NCBI GenBank assembly: GCA_030264375.1
Contig: JASCQW010000132.1
Location: 77,766,882-77,830,881 of the forward strand
DNA: 64,000 bases
Reading direction: 5' to 3'
From: Carcharhinus longimanus
Lineage: Eukaryota
Below the pieces are notes generated by a model that was not told where the DNA came from, searched no databases, and saw only the letters and a program-made list of their open reading frames with translations. Shown here piece by piece: positions 12,603 to 24,904 of the stretch. The position numbers and the translations under genes are program-made. Position 1 is the stretch's first letter, and each line of letters opens with the position of its first letter.

Positions 12603-13182
12603 TGTTATGATGGCCACAAAGGGCACAGGTGATTGCCAATAGATCTTCCCATGAGCTTTTTGGAGTGTGAGGTTATNNNNNNNNNNNNNNNNNNNNNNNN
12701 NNNNNNNNNNNNNNNNNNNNNNNNNNNNNNNNNNNNNNNNNNNNNNNNNNNNNNNNNNNNNNNNNNNNNNNNNNNNAACAGTGGAGGCTACCTCATTAAA
12801 TGTGTTTAAGTCACAAATAGATAGATTTTTAACCAATAAGGGAATTAACGGTTATGGGGAGCAGGCGGCTAAGTGAAACTGAACCTGCTAACAGTTGAAC
12901 CATGATCTTATTGAATGGCGGAGCAGGCTCGAGGGCCTAGATGGCCTACTCCTGCTCCTATTTCTTATGTTCTCATGTAACTCCTTTACTGAGCAAGCGA
13001 AGGCCCACACAATGGGAAGTGAGCAGTGGGGCTGGGGAGGAACCTGTTGCTTCAACTCAGACTGGTATCCTATAGGTCCCTGCTTTTTGAATTGCATGTT
13101 GTAAACTGCAGGTATGGCTCTTCCTTGTATTATTGTTAAAGCATTTTTGGTGACAGAAGACTGGCCTTGCACAATTATTACA
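12603..13182 (+). mobile_element. Gypsy 5' LTR interrupted by a CR1 3' fragment
   Basis: Starts TGTTATG exactly where the duplication similarity ends; ends 'attattaCA' followed by PBS-like 'ttggcaatgagga' (compare tggcgacgagga). Confidence 0.65.
12677..12975 (+). mobile_element. CR1/HER1-like LINE 3' end
   Basis: VEATSLNVFKSQIDRFLTNKGINGYGEQA plus 3' UTR and ttcttatg tail. Confidence 0.9.
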
Positions 13183-14175
13183 TTGGCAATGAGGAGTAAA
13201 AACAATTTTTTTTCTCTCCAACCTAGCTCCATTGTCAAAAACAAGCAACTTTTCTCCAGTAGAAAAAAGCCTCTTTTCAGGAAACTTGAACCTTACAAAA
13301 CCAATGGGAAAGACTGGCCCAACATATACAATGCATGCGTTACTTCATCTGCACCAACAACGTTGAAGGAAACAAAAAACAAGAAGTAATTTTACTGATG
13401 GCATGCGAGGCTCTGACTTTCAGCGTGACAAACAGTCTGATGTATCCAAATGGCTTTGACTTGTAAACTTTAAATGAGCTAGTAGACTTGGTGAAAAACC
13501 ACTGAAACCTGAAGTCGTCTGTTATTTATCCTGCAGAGATGCTGCTTTTACATGGCAGGGAGAATCCTTGGGGAATCTGAATTGTTACTGAATTTCTGGA
13601 CAGATTACGGAAATTAGTGGAACATTGTGAATTTGGACTGCCTGTAAACTAAGTGTTGAGAGACATATTGAAATGTGGCATAAATAACCTGACTACGCAA
13701 AAGAAGCTATTGGCAGAACCCAACCTGGACTTCAAAAAAGCCACTGAAATAGCTCCAATGATGGATAACACTGAAAAAAGGTACTCAGGACATATAAGGG
13801 ATATCAGACAGCAACGTCCTCCAATTAATAGGAGGGGCCCCATGTAATCAGTTCTCAGTGGAGAATGGTTACATAAACAAAATGTTAGAGGGTGCCTTAC
13901 AACAACAAAGCTCTAATAACACTGCCAGACAGTGAAGAAAAGACAGTGACAGCCCCAAAGTTTGGGGAATATTATTCCAGAGGCCAGACAATGGACGATT
14001 GCTAGCACTGCCAAAGGGCACAGCCAAAGCAAAATTTTAAGAATCTGCAAGATGCATGCCATCTAGTGAAGAAGCCAAGGTCTGTACCTGACCATACCAT
14101 GCAGGTATACCCACTTCCAGAAACAGGGGCATGACAACTGAATTGCATCATTACAACAAAGGTTGCTCCAATAGT

Positions 14176-14400
14176 CACGATATGGAAATGCCAGCATTGG
14201 ACTGGGTTAGGAACAGTAAGTAGTCTCATAACACCAGGTTAAAGTCCAACAGGGTTATTTGATAGCATGAACTTTTGAAGAATTGCCCCTTCATCTGACT
14301 CACCTGATGAAGGGGCGACACTCCGAAAGCTCGTGCTACCAAATAAACCTGTTGGATTTTAACCTGGTGTTGTGAGAGTACTTACTGTGCCTGTCCCAGT
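14176..14400. mobile_element. Palindromic element of two inverted Penelope-type termini inserted in the Gypsy
   Basis: 14213-14296 is the imperfect reverse complement of 14300-14388; interrupts KVAPI|VVELLV; possible target duplication ccaatagt (14168-14175) / ccagtagt (14396-14403). Confidence 0.85.
14301..14335 (+). ncRNA. Minimal (Penelope-type) hammerhead ribozyme motif
   Basis: cac-CTGATGA-a-gggg-cgaca-ctcc-GAAA-gc-tc-gtg: both catalytic boxes, stem II, short palindromic stem III and stem I cac/gtg. Confidence 0.75.
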
Positions 14401-16299
14401 AGTGGTAGAACTGCTGGTGAAAGGTTATCCCTTGAAACTGGAGATGAACACAGGGACTGCATTCTCCATTATTAGGACAGGCTTCCAACTTTTGAGCTTG
14501 GAAGACATGAATGTCAGACCAGCCATCTACATGGGGAATTCTTTACAAATAAAAGGCATCACAATGGCCCCAGTAACTTGCAGGCAGCAATCAGCTCATC
14601 TTTCACTCATTATTGTATGGGGGCAAGGACTAAGCCTTGTGGGGAGAGATTGACTCCAGCAGATCAGGCTGAACTGGTTGAAGATCTTCAGGCTAGGCGT
14701 GGGGGCACTGTATGAAACTATCAGTAGATGCCCTGGAATTTTCCATGGAGGACTGAGAAAAATAAAAATGGGCCAAAAGCAAGAACTATGTGGCCCCGAA
14801 GCTATACCTAAATATTTCAGAGCATACTCCCTGTTGAAGAAGGTAGGGACTGAACCCAAACAAAGTTTAGACATAATAAGGCCTCTGCAATTTGCAGAAT
14901 GGGGAGTGCCTGTAGTCCGTGTTCTTAAGTTGGATAGGTCGGTTTGTCTCTGTGGGGATTATAAGCTAACAGTCAATTGAGCTTCCAAACTTGATGAGGT
15001 ACCCCATGCGCTGAATTGAAAACCTGTACCCTAAGTTAGCAGGTGGCCAGATGTTCTCCAAGTTGGACATGAACCTTACCTATTTTCAGCTTGAATTGGA
15101 TGAGTCTTCCTGAAAATGCGTGATGGTCAATACACCCAAGTGATTGCACAAGTATTACCAGTGGCCCTTCAGGTCTTGTCAGCATGCGCCACATTCCAAC
15201 CATTTATGGAAAACATACTCCAAGGGCTACCCAGAGTGACAGTCTACCTGGAAGATGTCCTGGTCACGGGGGCTTCAGAACAAGAGCACCTGGCAACTTT
15301 AAAGAAGTCTTATAGAGATTCTCAACAGCCAGAGTACAGAGGGAAAAATGTGTCTTTCAAGTGACTGAAATGACCTACTTAGGCTATTGGGTAGATGGCA
15401 AAGGTTTATACTCAATAGCGGATAGGATGAAGGCCATTAAGGAAGCATCAATCCAAGAAACAGCACAGAGTTAAATCCTTCCTGGCATTAGTAAATTGTT
15501 ATGGAAAATATATCCTAAATTTGGCTTCCATGCATATTCCTTTGCATACCCTACTATAAAAATACCAAAGATGGTCCTGGGAGGTGCCACAGGTGGAAAC
15601 ATTTGGCAAAGTTAAGCAGTAGTACTGTCATCTAAAATATTGGCCCATTTTGATTCCAAGGAAGAACTCATTCTAATATGTGATGCTTCTACATACAGGG
15701 TTAGGGCAGTGCTTGACCATTGCTGGAAAGATGGGACGGAAAGGCCTATCACATATGCATCTAGGACTCTTTTGGATCCTAGCAGAGGTATTCTCAAATC
15801 AAGAAAGAGTGATTGGTAAATAGTATGTGGTGTGAAAAAGTTCCATCAGGACATCCACGGTTGATAGATCACAAACCCTTATTGGGACTTTTTAAAAAGA
15901 TAAGGTGATTTCCTCCATTGCCTCCACCTGAACAGAGTATTTATCTTGAGACTTATGGCCTTTCAATACCTTCTACAGCAGCATCCTGGAACCCAGATAG
16001 ACAACACCAATATGCTGGGTCACTTCCCATTGCCCACAAGCCTTGCTCCTCTACCAACATTAGAAGAGGTCATGATGACCCTAAATGTTTTGAAGACTTT
16101 GCTAATGTCCACAAGACAAACTAAGGCCTGGACACAAAAGGATCCAATCTTGAATAAAATAAAGCATATATACAGTGGGTTCTGAGGACAACGCTGCATC
16201 AATTACCCTTCGTCACTCTCTCTGGAAATAAAAGTGCTCCATTCAGTTCACATGGCCAGACCCAGGCCTGCCTTTGATAGGCCTCAGGCCAATCAGCAA

Positions 16300-17490
16300 G
16301 TTTACTTCAACTTCTTTTGCAGTTGATTCATTGGTTTAGATTTTTTATCTAGTTTCCTGACTTCAACTCTCCATTCTCTCCAGGTTTGTGCTCAAGAGAA
16401 AAAACAGTAAGGTTGCTCCAAAGTGATTTCTTTTAATTTTAAGAAGTAATTGCTCCTTTTAGCCTTTGCTAATACCCAATTCCCATGGCGACTTTTATCG
16501 TAATGTAATTGATGGTGGTGTGATCTTTTGGGGACTGTTCCTTGACATTAGGTCCAAGTTTGAGCTGATTCATTTTTGGACTATTTTGTCAGAAAATGCT
16601 TTTTGATGCCAATTTTGTCTAAAACCGGTCCTTGCCGATGATCTTGCTAGAAAACACACTTTGTCACCTTTCCTTTTCTTTTGCTGTACAAGTGAGCTGA
16701 CCACATTAATATATAACATTTCTGAAATCCCCACATTGTTTGTTTTCTGTACTTTGGGGATTTTGCTACCATCTCTATGTTTATATCTCAGGCCTCTACC
16801 TGTGGCACTTCATGTTCTTCCTTTTTAAAAACAATATGATTTTTTACTGGAGGTCTTTAAGATGGACAGAATGAAAAGATAGTACTGTAAGTGAGAGTTC
16901 AAAAACAGTAAAGCATGAGATCTTTGATTGAAAAGAAAATTATGATGCATTGTAAACTCAATGACTTAATAGTGGAAAGGTCCTCTTGATTTAATCACTG
17001 CTTTAATTAGAAATACAATATTGACTGACGTAAAGAATTAATGTTGTAAGATGATACAAGATTACAGAGAATATCATTAGTCAGTGGAAATGTATAAGAG
17101 TCGATAACACCTTTAATATTTACAGCACAGTTACCATTTTTTAAACTGAGTGAACTAACATTTTTAAATATGAGGAATGTTTTATTTCAGTCAGGCAAAT
17201 TGACTTCAGTGGAAAATAACCTTAGAGGCTGAAATAAAGTGATTCAGTAACATTTTAGTTAATCTTTGGAGCACCTCTTCAAGAGGATATAATTAACCAT
17301 GGGTTCAGTCCATAGGGGACAATAAAACAAAAGAATAAAGAGAAAAAAGGTTTAATGCAAATTGAATTCTTGTGTAACATATGAGTGTGGTGATAGCTAG
17401 GAAGCTGGAGCTGCTGCGATTAATCAGAAATCACCCCTTCTGGTCATGAGCTGCTTATAGACACAAGAGAATAATTGAAAATTCAGTTAA
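16300..17490. repeat. Local segmental duplication, copy 2
   Basis: Colinear with 11397-12600. Confidence 0.92.
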
Positions 17491-17719
17491 TTTTATATTC
17501 ATATTTCTTAAAATCAAAGGAGTGATGAACTCCAAAGAGAAAATATTAGAATCCCAAGCTCTCAGTAGTAGTTAAATTTATGGACATGATTTTTGGTTCA
17601 TAAATTAATGCTGTTTCTGCCACAGAAGGATATATTAAAGCACTAACTCACAATATTATATTAACTTGTATGACAAAGTTTTTCCCAGCCTTATCTTTAT
17701 ATTAAGTAATAGTATTCTT

Positions 17720-18010
17720 CTCTTGGTGAGTGCTGCTAATCCGATGGGTGCAAGACTGTTTTATTATTACGTGGTGAAACGTTCTCTTGTTGTCAAAAAG
17801 ATCTTTCACATGAAGCTAACTTGATAGCCTGTGCACAAAAGCACTTCTTGGTAAAGCACTAAGATGATCCTGATTAATGGGCTGCACAGAGTTTGTCAGT
17901 CACCAGTGCTTAGGTTTAGGGGGGAAAGAATGAGTCATGGTTCCTGTCTCTGACAATGTTCAGTGAAACCTATTAGGAAGTGTATGCTTATATGGCTGAA
18001 TCTTCTGTTC
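17720..18010 (+). mobile_element. Ancient Deu-domain SINE remnant (SacSINE1/AmnSINE1-like)
   Basis: 'ggggaaag..ttcctgtctctgacaatgttcagtgaaacctattaggaagtgtatg' resembles the Deu core; similar trace at ~28630-28780. Confidence 0.4.
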
Positions 18011-18790
18011 AGAGTTGGATCCTCTACTTCCGATCTGTTTGGACAAATAAAATGCGCACTTACTTTCCTCTAATTTTTCGAGGCAATCTTCCAATGGAGG
18101 ATCCTGCAGAATTCAGTCAGTGTGGGAAACCTGCAAGGGAGCAGCAGAGAGAATCGATGAAGAATTCATGCTGCCTTTTAAAGGAACTTGCTNNNNNNNN
18201 NNATTCTGTAAGTAAGGAGCTTAAATATCCCAAAGCTTCAATGAAAAGCTACAAAGAGGAAAGACATGGATAAGGTAAACAGGTAGGTGGGCGGTGTAGT
18301 AGGTGCATAGGGAAGTCGGGTCATGAAGGGCTGTCAAGTTGAGGGGTGTCAAGTAGGGTTAGGGGGAATTGGAAGGGAGTTGAGTTGTGTGACTGGGTTA
18401 GGGTGATGGGGTGAGTCAGGTTGGTTTGGGGACCAGTCAGGTCAAGCCAAGGGCAGATCAGGGGGAGAGTGGGGGTTCAGGAGGTGGTGAGGAAGTCATG
18501 GGGGAATTTGTGGGAGGTGGAGGGGTATCAGTGTGAGTAATTGGGGGGTCAGTTTTAACTTTTGCTGGGTAATTATTCCAAGTAATTGAGTCAGAACCAT
18601 TTGAAATCACTGAATTGAACAGAGTTGGTGACCTTGATGGAAGTTCTCAGGGAGCAGGAGAATCACCCCTTAGAAGTTCAAACTTCCTGAACAATTCTCA
18701 CAGAACCCTTGCAATGAGACATCTAACCGGTTGCACATATTCCAGGGCATGTCCCATCTCCAACCTTCCAGAGATCGGATAGTCCAGGCC
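18010..18790. mobile_element. Non-autonomous Harbinger-like/MITE relic
   Basis: G-rich internal tract typical of the MITEs in this window; no coding capacity. Confidence 0.35.
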
Positions 18791-18994
18791 TATGTGTCAA
18801 GTTCACGAAGGACTGTGCCTTTGACTGTCATGCCTTCCATGGTTGTAAGCTCAGTGTTTAGGTCTACATAGAAGAATAGCCAGTTAGGGAAAGTCATAAA
18901 GGATCACTGTAGTCCATGGAATAGTACAATATCATCAGTCAAGCCTAGAAGTTATTATTAATACACTAATCAAGAGGTTTTTTTTCCTAACCAT

Positions 18995-19760
18995 CCCCTC
19001 AGGATTAAGAATGACTTCCACTCTGGTTCAATATGTTCTGAAATGGCTGATTTTTCTGATGCACAATCTACAGATTCTGCCATATGTGGGTTTGAGGGTT
19101 GCATGGATGTTTAGAGATTTTGTGTGCTCCCTCTAACCCCTTGACTTTGCCTCTGTACATTCCTAACAAAGCCTCTTCATATATTTGGTACTTTCTGGGA
19201 TGAGCCTTCTTCATTTTAATCACTCAGAAGCCAGGATCTCCCAATGTTAGCAGGAATATTTGACCTTTTCATGGCTGCTTTGTGGACATCCCTAAAGCAT
19301 TTCTGCTCTCTTCCTGGAGTCACAACAAGGTCTGAGTGGGGCAATTGCCTCAAGGGTTTGGTGTCAGACATATGAATTATATGTGCTGGCCAACGGAGCT
19401 GGTTTTGAGTGATTAGCACCTCAATGTTGGACATGTTGGATTGGGAGAGGACAGTGCTGTTGAACTGCCTTTCTTGTCACCAGAGTTGAAGGATCTTGCA
19501 AAAGCACTGCTGGTGGTACTACTCCAGTGCTTTGAGGTGTCTGCTCTTGGCATCCACGTCTCTGAAGCATATAATAGCCCATCAGCACAGGTGTCACTGA
19601 TGCCTAATAAACCATGAGCCAAGCCCTGGTTTTGAGATATTGCTCCTCAAACGCACTTTTCATTGGTTGGCTGAAGATATAATGGCGATAATGATGAATT
19701 TTGTCATCTATGTCAGCATTTGTCAAGAGGAGGCTCCTAAGGTACAGAAAACACTTGTCA
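18995..19760 (-). mobile_element. RTE-clade (BovB-like) LINE RT C-terminus
   Basis: LLYASETW; NIEVLITQNQLRWPAHIIHMSDTKPLRQL. Confidence 0.85.
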
Positions 19761-21379
19761 AGAGTTAACTGAGCATTATTGAATGTTTATGAGATTCATA
19801 AAATAGAATCATGATGATGTTGGTGTTTTAAAGAGCATTCATAAAGTATGTGCTACATCAACATGCAATGTAGTGCCCAGTGGAGCCATAAGAAAACTAA
19901 TGAACAATGTTCCTTCTCAGTTGTGCAACTGCTCAGCAACCCAAAACCCCATGCAGACTGCATTCAAGTTGACCCCTTCAAACTACCATGAATGCATTGT
20001 TATACAAAAACATTTTGTAAAGTGCTGGACACTGAAAGAAATCATCCAGGAACCCAAATAAGAATTACAGGAAATGTTGCAAATAAGGCTGTGCAACTGT
20101 TAACTTTTGAGGAGCTTTTTAAATCCCTTCAATGGAGGGTATCAGTTAAATAAGGACAAGCACAAGATTGGAGTTTTAAGCATTACCGACACTTGTGAAA
20201 GAACTAAGGAACCAAGAGACTTATAATTTGTAATGGATTTTCAAGCAGGNNNNNNNNNNNNNNNNNNNNNNNNNNNNNNNNNNNNNNNNNNNNNNNNNNN
20301 NNNNNNNNNNNNNNNNNNNNNNNNNNNNNNNNNNNNNNNNNNNNNNNNNNNNNNNNNNNNNNNNNNNNNNNNNNNNNNNNNNNNNNNNNNNNNNNNNNNN
20401 NNNNNNNNNNNNNNNNNNNNNNNNNNNNNNNNNNNNNNNNNNNNNNNNNNNNNNNNNNNNNNNNNNNNNNNNNNNNNNNNNNNNNNNNNNNNNNNNNNNN
20501 NNNNNNNNNNNNNNNNNNNNNNNNNNNNNNNNNNNNNNNNNNNNNNNNNNNNNNNNNNNNNNNNNNNNNNNNNNNNNNNNNNNNNNNNNNNNNNNNNNNN
20601 NNNNNNNNNNNNNNNNNNNNNNNNNNNNNNNNNNNNNNNNNNNNNNNNNNNNNNNNNNNNNNNNNNNNNNNNNNNNNNNNNNNNNNNNNNNNNNNNNNNN
20701 NNNNNNNNNNNNNNNNNNNNNNNNNNNNNNNNNNNNNNNNNNNNNNNNNNNNNNNNNNNNNNNNNNNNNNNNNNNNNNNNNNNNNNNNNNNNNNNNNNNN
20801 NNNNNNNNNNNNNNNNNNNGGGGTTGGGGTGGGTACTCTGTCCTCCATCATTCATTGAATCAGATCTTTTCAACCATTTCCACACTTTTAATGCCTAGCT
20901 TCAGAGAGCTTTGATCACATGTCATTGCTAAAGTCAATTTTTGTTTTCAGCATCTGAATATTGAGTACCTGAATATTGCTGAAAAAAGAGACATGGTGAA
21001 GTTTTTTATCTCGCACTTATCAGAACATTTCACAAGAATACCAGTATATGGGGAAAATAACAATTTATACTGTATGAAAAGAATGGTTGACAGGTATCTG
21101 AACATTGCCTCAGAATTTACCTGTGTGAGAGAAAAAGAGGCTCCAGAGAGAATGAGCTGAACCAAGGTCCAGCTTTTTATTAGTCAATGGTTTGGATTCT
21201 TATTTCATCGAAGTTCAACCCCTGTTTTATGTGTGCATGTGTATGTGATAAATGTGTGTACATATTTGACAATCTCCCTTTTCACTTTCGCTCCCTCATT
21301 TGATGTATAGGTTCGGCCATGGCTGGGCACTGCCTGGGCCTCACTGCCAGTACAAAGTGCACTTCAGAAGATGATCAGC

Positions 21380-22170
21380 TTCTGACCCCATTTAATGTTT
21401 CTGCAACTGCTATGTCGCAACCCATAGTTTGGAAAGAGTTGATTTAAACCCTCCAAATAGCATGGGCTAGTTGTCCTGAGGTTCAACACTGCTTTAGTGA
21501 AATGTAAAGCAGTTGAGAGGAACCTGCCAGTGGTGCATAGATAAATATAGCTCCCTGGAGGAGTGGGACATGTGAGCCTTGCTCATTGGTTCCTGACATC
21601 AGCCTCTGCCACAGTGGCTGTGCCAATCTGCAGTGCCATTCTGGTAGTGCCAGAGGTGGGTCTTCTGGGGAGCTCTGTTGGGTGTTCCACTTATGTGAGG
21701 AGACAGGCTGCCCCAGTGCTTGTGGGGGAGGTGGGTTCCTCGTATTCATGAGATGGGGGGCATGCCCTCATCAAGTGGTGGGTATGGGGGGAAGGTTCCA
21801 TTTATCGATGAGGAGAAATAATTTTTTAGCACAGATCCTCACTGTCCACAGGGATAGCGCCAGAGGACTGGAGAGTGGCAAATGTTGTTCCTCTTTTCAA
21901 GAAAGGAAATAGGAATGACCCTGGTAATTATAGGCNNNNNNNNNNNNNNNNNNNNNNNNNNNNNNNNNNNNNNNNNNNNNNNNNNNNNNNNNNNNNNNNN
22001 NNNNNNNNNNNNNNNNNNNNNNNNNNNNNNNNNNNAAGACTCCTACCTGTATAGTCCCCCCTCATCCTAACCCCCTCTCATAGACACCACTCGGGCCCGA
22101 TCTCCCTCTCAGGCCCCGTCCCCTTGGCACTCCATGGGCAAACTGGCAGTACCCAGACAATGAGCCAAGG
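21380..22170. mobile_element. Harbinger-family MITE fragments with a short CR1 piece (~21855-21935)
   Basis: ggcagtgcc/ggcactgcc-like motifs; CR1 trace 'gactggagagtggcaaatgttgttcctcttttcaagaaagga' (DWRVANVVPLF). Confidence 0.45.
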
Positions 22171-23407
22171 ACCTACTTTCAGGCAGAGCACACATGGCAC
22201 AACAGACCTCAGAGTACAGGGCAAAAGTTTAAAATTTGTGAACAATATAAAACTTGGAAGTACTGTGAAGTATGACGAGAATATTGTAGAACTTCAAAAG
22301 GACATAAACAGTTTGGTTGAATGGGTAGGCCACCTGACACCTCTCCTTACAGAGGAGGTAGATAGGCAATGTGTACAGCAACCCCTCCATGCCAGCCAAT
22401 TTTCCAGTTGTAAACTTCTGGTCTTTGAGAGCAAATTCCAGTGGATTAATCCATATAGTATGAAAATCACACCTGAATACAGAATTGATACAGAGTTATG
22501 TTTCTGTAGGATATGAGAAAGTCATTTACTGTTTTGGCTAATGGTTCTTCATCCTTTGATGCTTCAAAGTCATTTTTGAATGACTTTTTAAATGAATTTT
22601 TGAATATACATATATTGTATACTTTTTCCATACAATTATGCAAAGTGTAAATCAAAATTTACAAGTTTTAGATATTGATTGTTATCAACGCCAGGAAACA
22701 ACGTCTGGGCTTCAAGTACAAATGCAAAATGTATCATTCTTCTCAGTATATATTGCTCAAGGGATTGAAAGAGGAAACAGTGTTCGACAATAATTAAAAG
22801 TCAACAAAGGTGCCCAACAATTAAGGCAGATTATTCACAAAGCAGGAAATTGATTTTTCTTCATTACGCAGAAGTACATTGTGTACTCTTGGAAATTATT
22901 TAACAGTGTAAAACCCAACATGGTATGATCTACATCTGGCAGTAACATAGACTCTTTGAAAAGATAACTGTGCCGAGCTACACTGTTTTAAAAGTTGTTG
23001 ATTAGGTTTTGCTTTTCAATGAAGGAAGTGGGGTTTGGTTAGATTGCCATACTTCAAGTTCTTTTTATTACAAATGGTGCAAATAGGAACCTAAGGATAT
23101 TCAGCGAAGGTGACAATAGATGTCATACCCTTTGGAAGGGGCAAAACGTTTATCTGAACAATATCAGACCAACTTTGAAATGTTTGCGCTAGTTCATTTA
23201 GAACTTGCTGGTTACAATATAAACTGCTCAGAGCATTGTTCAGTACCATAATCCAATTACAGCCTGAAAATAGAGGCTATTATTAATGCAACTGAATAAA
23301 TAATTAAGCAATATACCCCAGATACTGGAGATTTAAACGATAAACAGAAGATGTTCAATACACTCAACAGACTGGGCAGCATTTGTGGAGAGAGAAATAG
23401 AGATAGT

Positions 23408-24690
23408 AAGGCAAATTTTCCCAGGTAATGGAAGTGGTGTTTCAGTGTGTGCAAGGAGTTAAATCTCCAGAAAGTGACATCGGCTCAGGATCCCAAGATC
23501 ATCCCTTGCTCTGCTAGTTTTCACCCGGGTAGGTTTGAATGCAAGTCAGAAACCACTTTGCACTTATCAGTTCAGCATTTAAAGGTTATAATAAGCAATT
23601 AGACTCTGGTTCAACCAAGGATTCTGCATTTAACAGATTTATTTTCTGAGATGTCAGCACCTCGCCAGGTGAGTGAGGACAGTGGGGAGTGCTTCATCAG
23701 TGAAAGTGACATTGTGAAAAGCTTTTGATCAATGTTACTGAAGAACTGCAGCCATGACTAGGTGAGAAGCTGCTCCTCACAGTGCTCCCTCTCGGAGAAT
23801 GCTTTCAGCACTTGGCAGGTGACATCCAACTTCTTGGCGATCACTTCACCAATCATGGGGTTGTGCTTCCCTGCTGCCAGCCTCCACCACAGCATGGGGG
23901 AAACTCGTGCAGCTTTGCCCACACCTCTGATGAATAGCAAAGCAGCAGCAACAGCAAAGTCAACAGCATCATCAGCAGCAGGAGCCACTCCGACAGCAGC
24001 ACCAGCTGCCTTCTCCTCAGCCGCAATCTGCTCCACAGAGCAGAGGGGACAAACATGAAGATCCAGTTCCAAGGACAACTGGCACAGGCTTAGCTCTCTC
24101 GACATCTGTGAGAAGTCAGAAGGTGAGGCAAGTGTTTGAACCATTTTCAGGGCATGCAATGCCAGTGATCAGCAAGGTGCCTGTGATTGGACTGCTTCCC
24201 CCCAGGGCTCTGCTTTGCCCTAAGGTTAGGTGCTCCTGCAAGGAAAGAAAGCAGAGAGTAATACCTGTTAGCAATAATGTGTGTGAATTGGGGGGTAGGA
24301 TGTAATTATGGAAGGTAACAGTGGAACATGAGTGTGAAAGAGCAATATAATTATTGTGATTGTTGTCTCTTCAGATGAGGAGTGAGTGGAGCTGTAATAT
24401 GTGTTGTTCTGCAAACAATGCCAGGAAAGTCATGTTTGGGGTTTGCATCTGAAAGTGTTACACCACTCAACATTACATTCTCCTGAAATCCACTGCAGGT
24501 GGGAGGGGCCACACTCTTCCTGCTGACTTCCTTGGTTACTTCCATGCTTTGTTGGAGAGGCTGTCCTCTTCCTCCTATTCATTGGAAATGTTACCTCACT
24601 GTAGCCTCTCAGACTCCACAGCAGGAGCTCCAGAGAAGAGGGAGAATCCCAGCCCCCCTCTCCATTCCCCTGGTTGGCACATGTCACAAG
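23408..24690. mobile_element. Internally deleted Harbinger element (transposase 5' end on +, Myb/SANT gene on -)
   Basis: TIR-like 'ggcaaattttcccagg'; + strand poly-Q leader and RLSSLDICEK (compare RLSFLDMSE); - strand 24480-24690 SSLELLL..EVTFPMNRRKRTAS..MEVTKEVSRKSVAP (NAIF1/MSANTD-like). Confidence 0.7.
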
Positions 24691-24904
24691 GTGCTACACA
24701 GAAGCATTTTAAAACAAAATTTAACAACAAGCCAAATATCAAAACATGAGGGTAGATAAAAAGCTTGGATAAAGAGGTAGAGTATCATAAGGAGGGAGGA
24801 CTGGAGAGATTTAGAGAGAGAATTCCAGACTTTACAACGTTGGTAACCGAAGGCGCAGCCACCAAATTGCCAATTTGAGGCAATGGGGGGAGGGGTGGGG
24901 GTTG

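Larger units (their letters stand above)
13183..16200 (+). mobile_element. Ty3/Gypsy (K02A2.6/Mag-like) internal region, pseudogenised and truncated before integrase
   Basis: gag PLFRKLEPY..DW and LRDILKCGINN..QKKLLAEP; protease LEMNTGTA; RT AEWGVPVV..LCGDYKLTVN, FSKLD, VYLEDVLVTG; RNase H CDASTYRVRAVL..PITYASRTL; ends after WTQKDPILNKIK with no 3' LTR. Confidence 0.92.

Noticed and set aside
11397-17490. Idea that the 1.2-kb direct repeats are the Gypsy LTRs
   Set aside because: The PBS follows a different sequence ending at 13182, the repeats lack TG..CA ends, and copy 2 follows a truncated pol with no integrase or polypurine tract.
23758-24159. Ala-rich ORFs on both strands
   Set aside because: Alternative readings of a CAG-rich Harbinger transposase leader, not a host gene.
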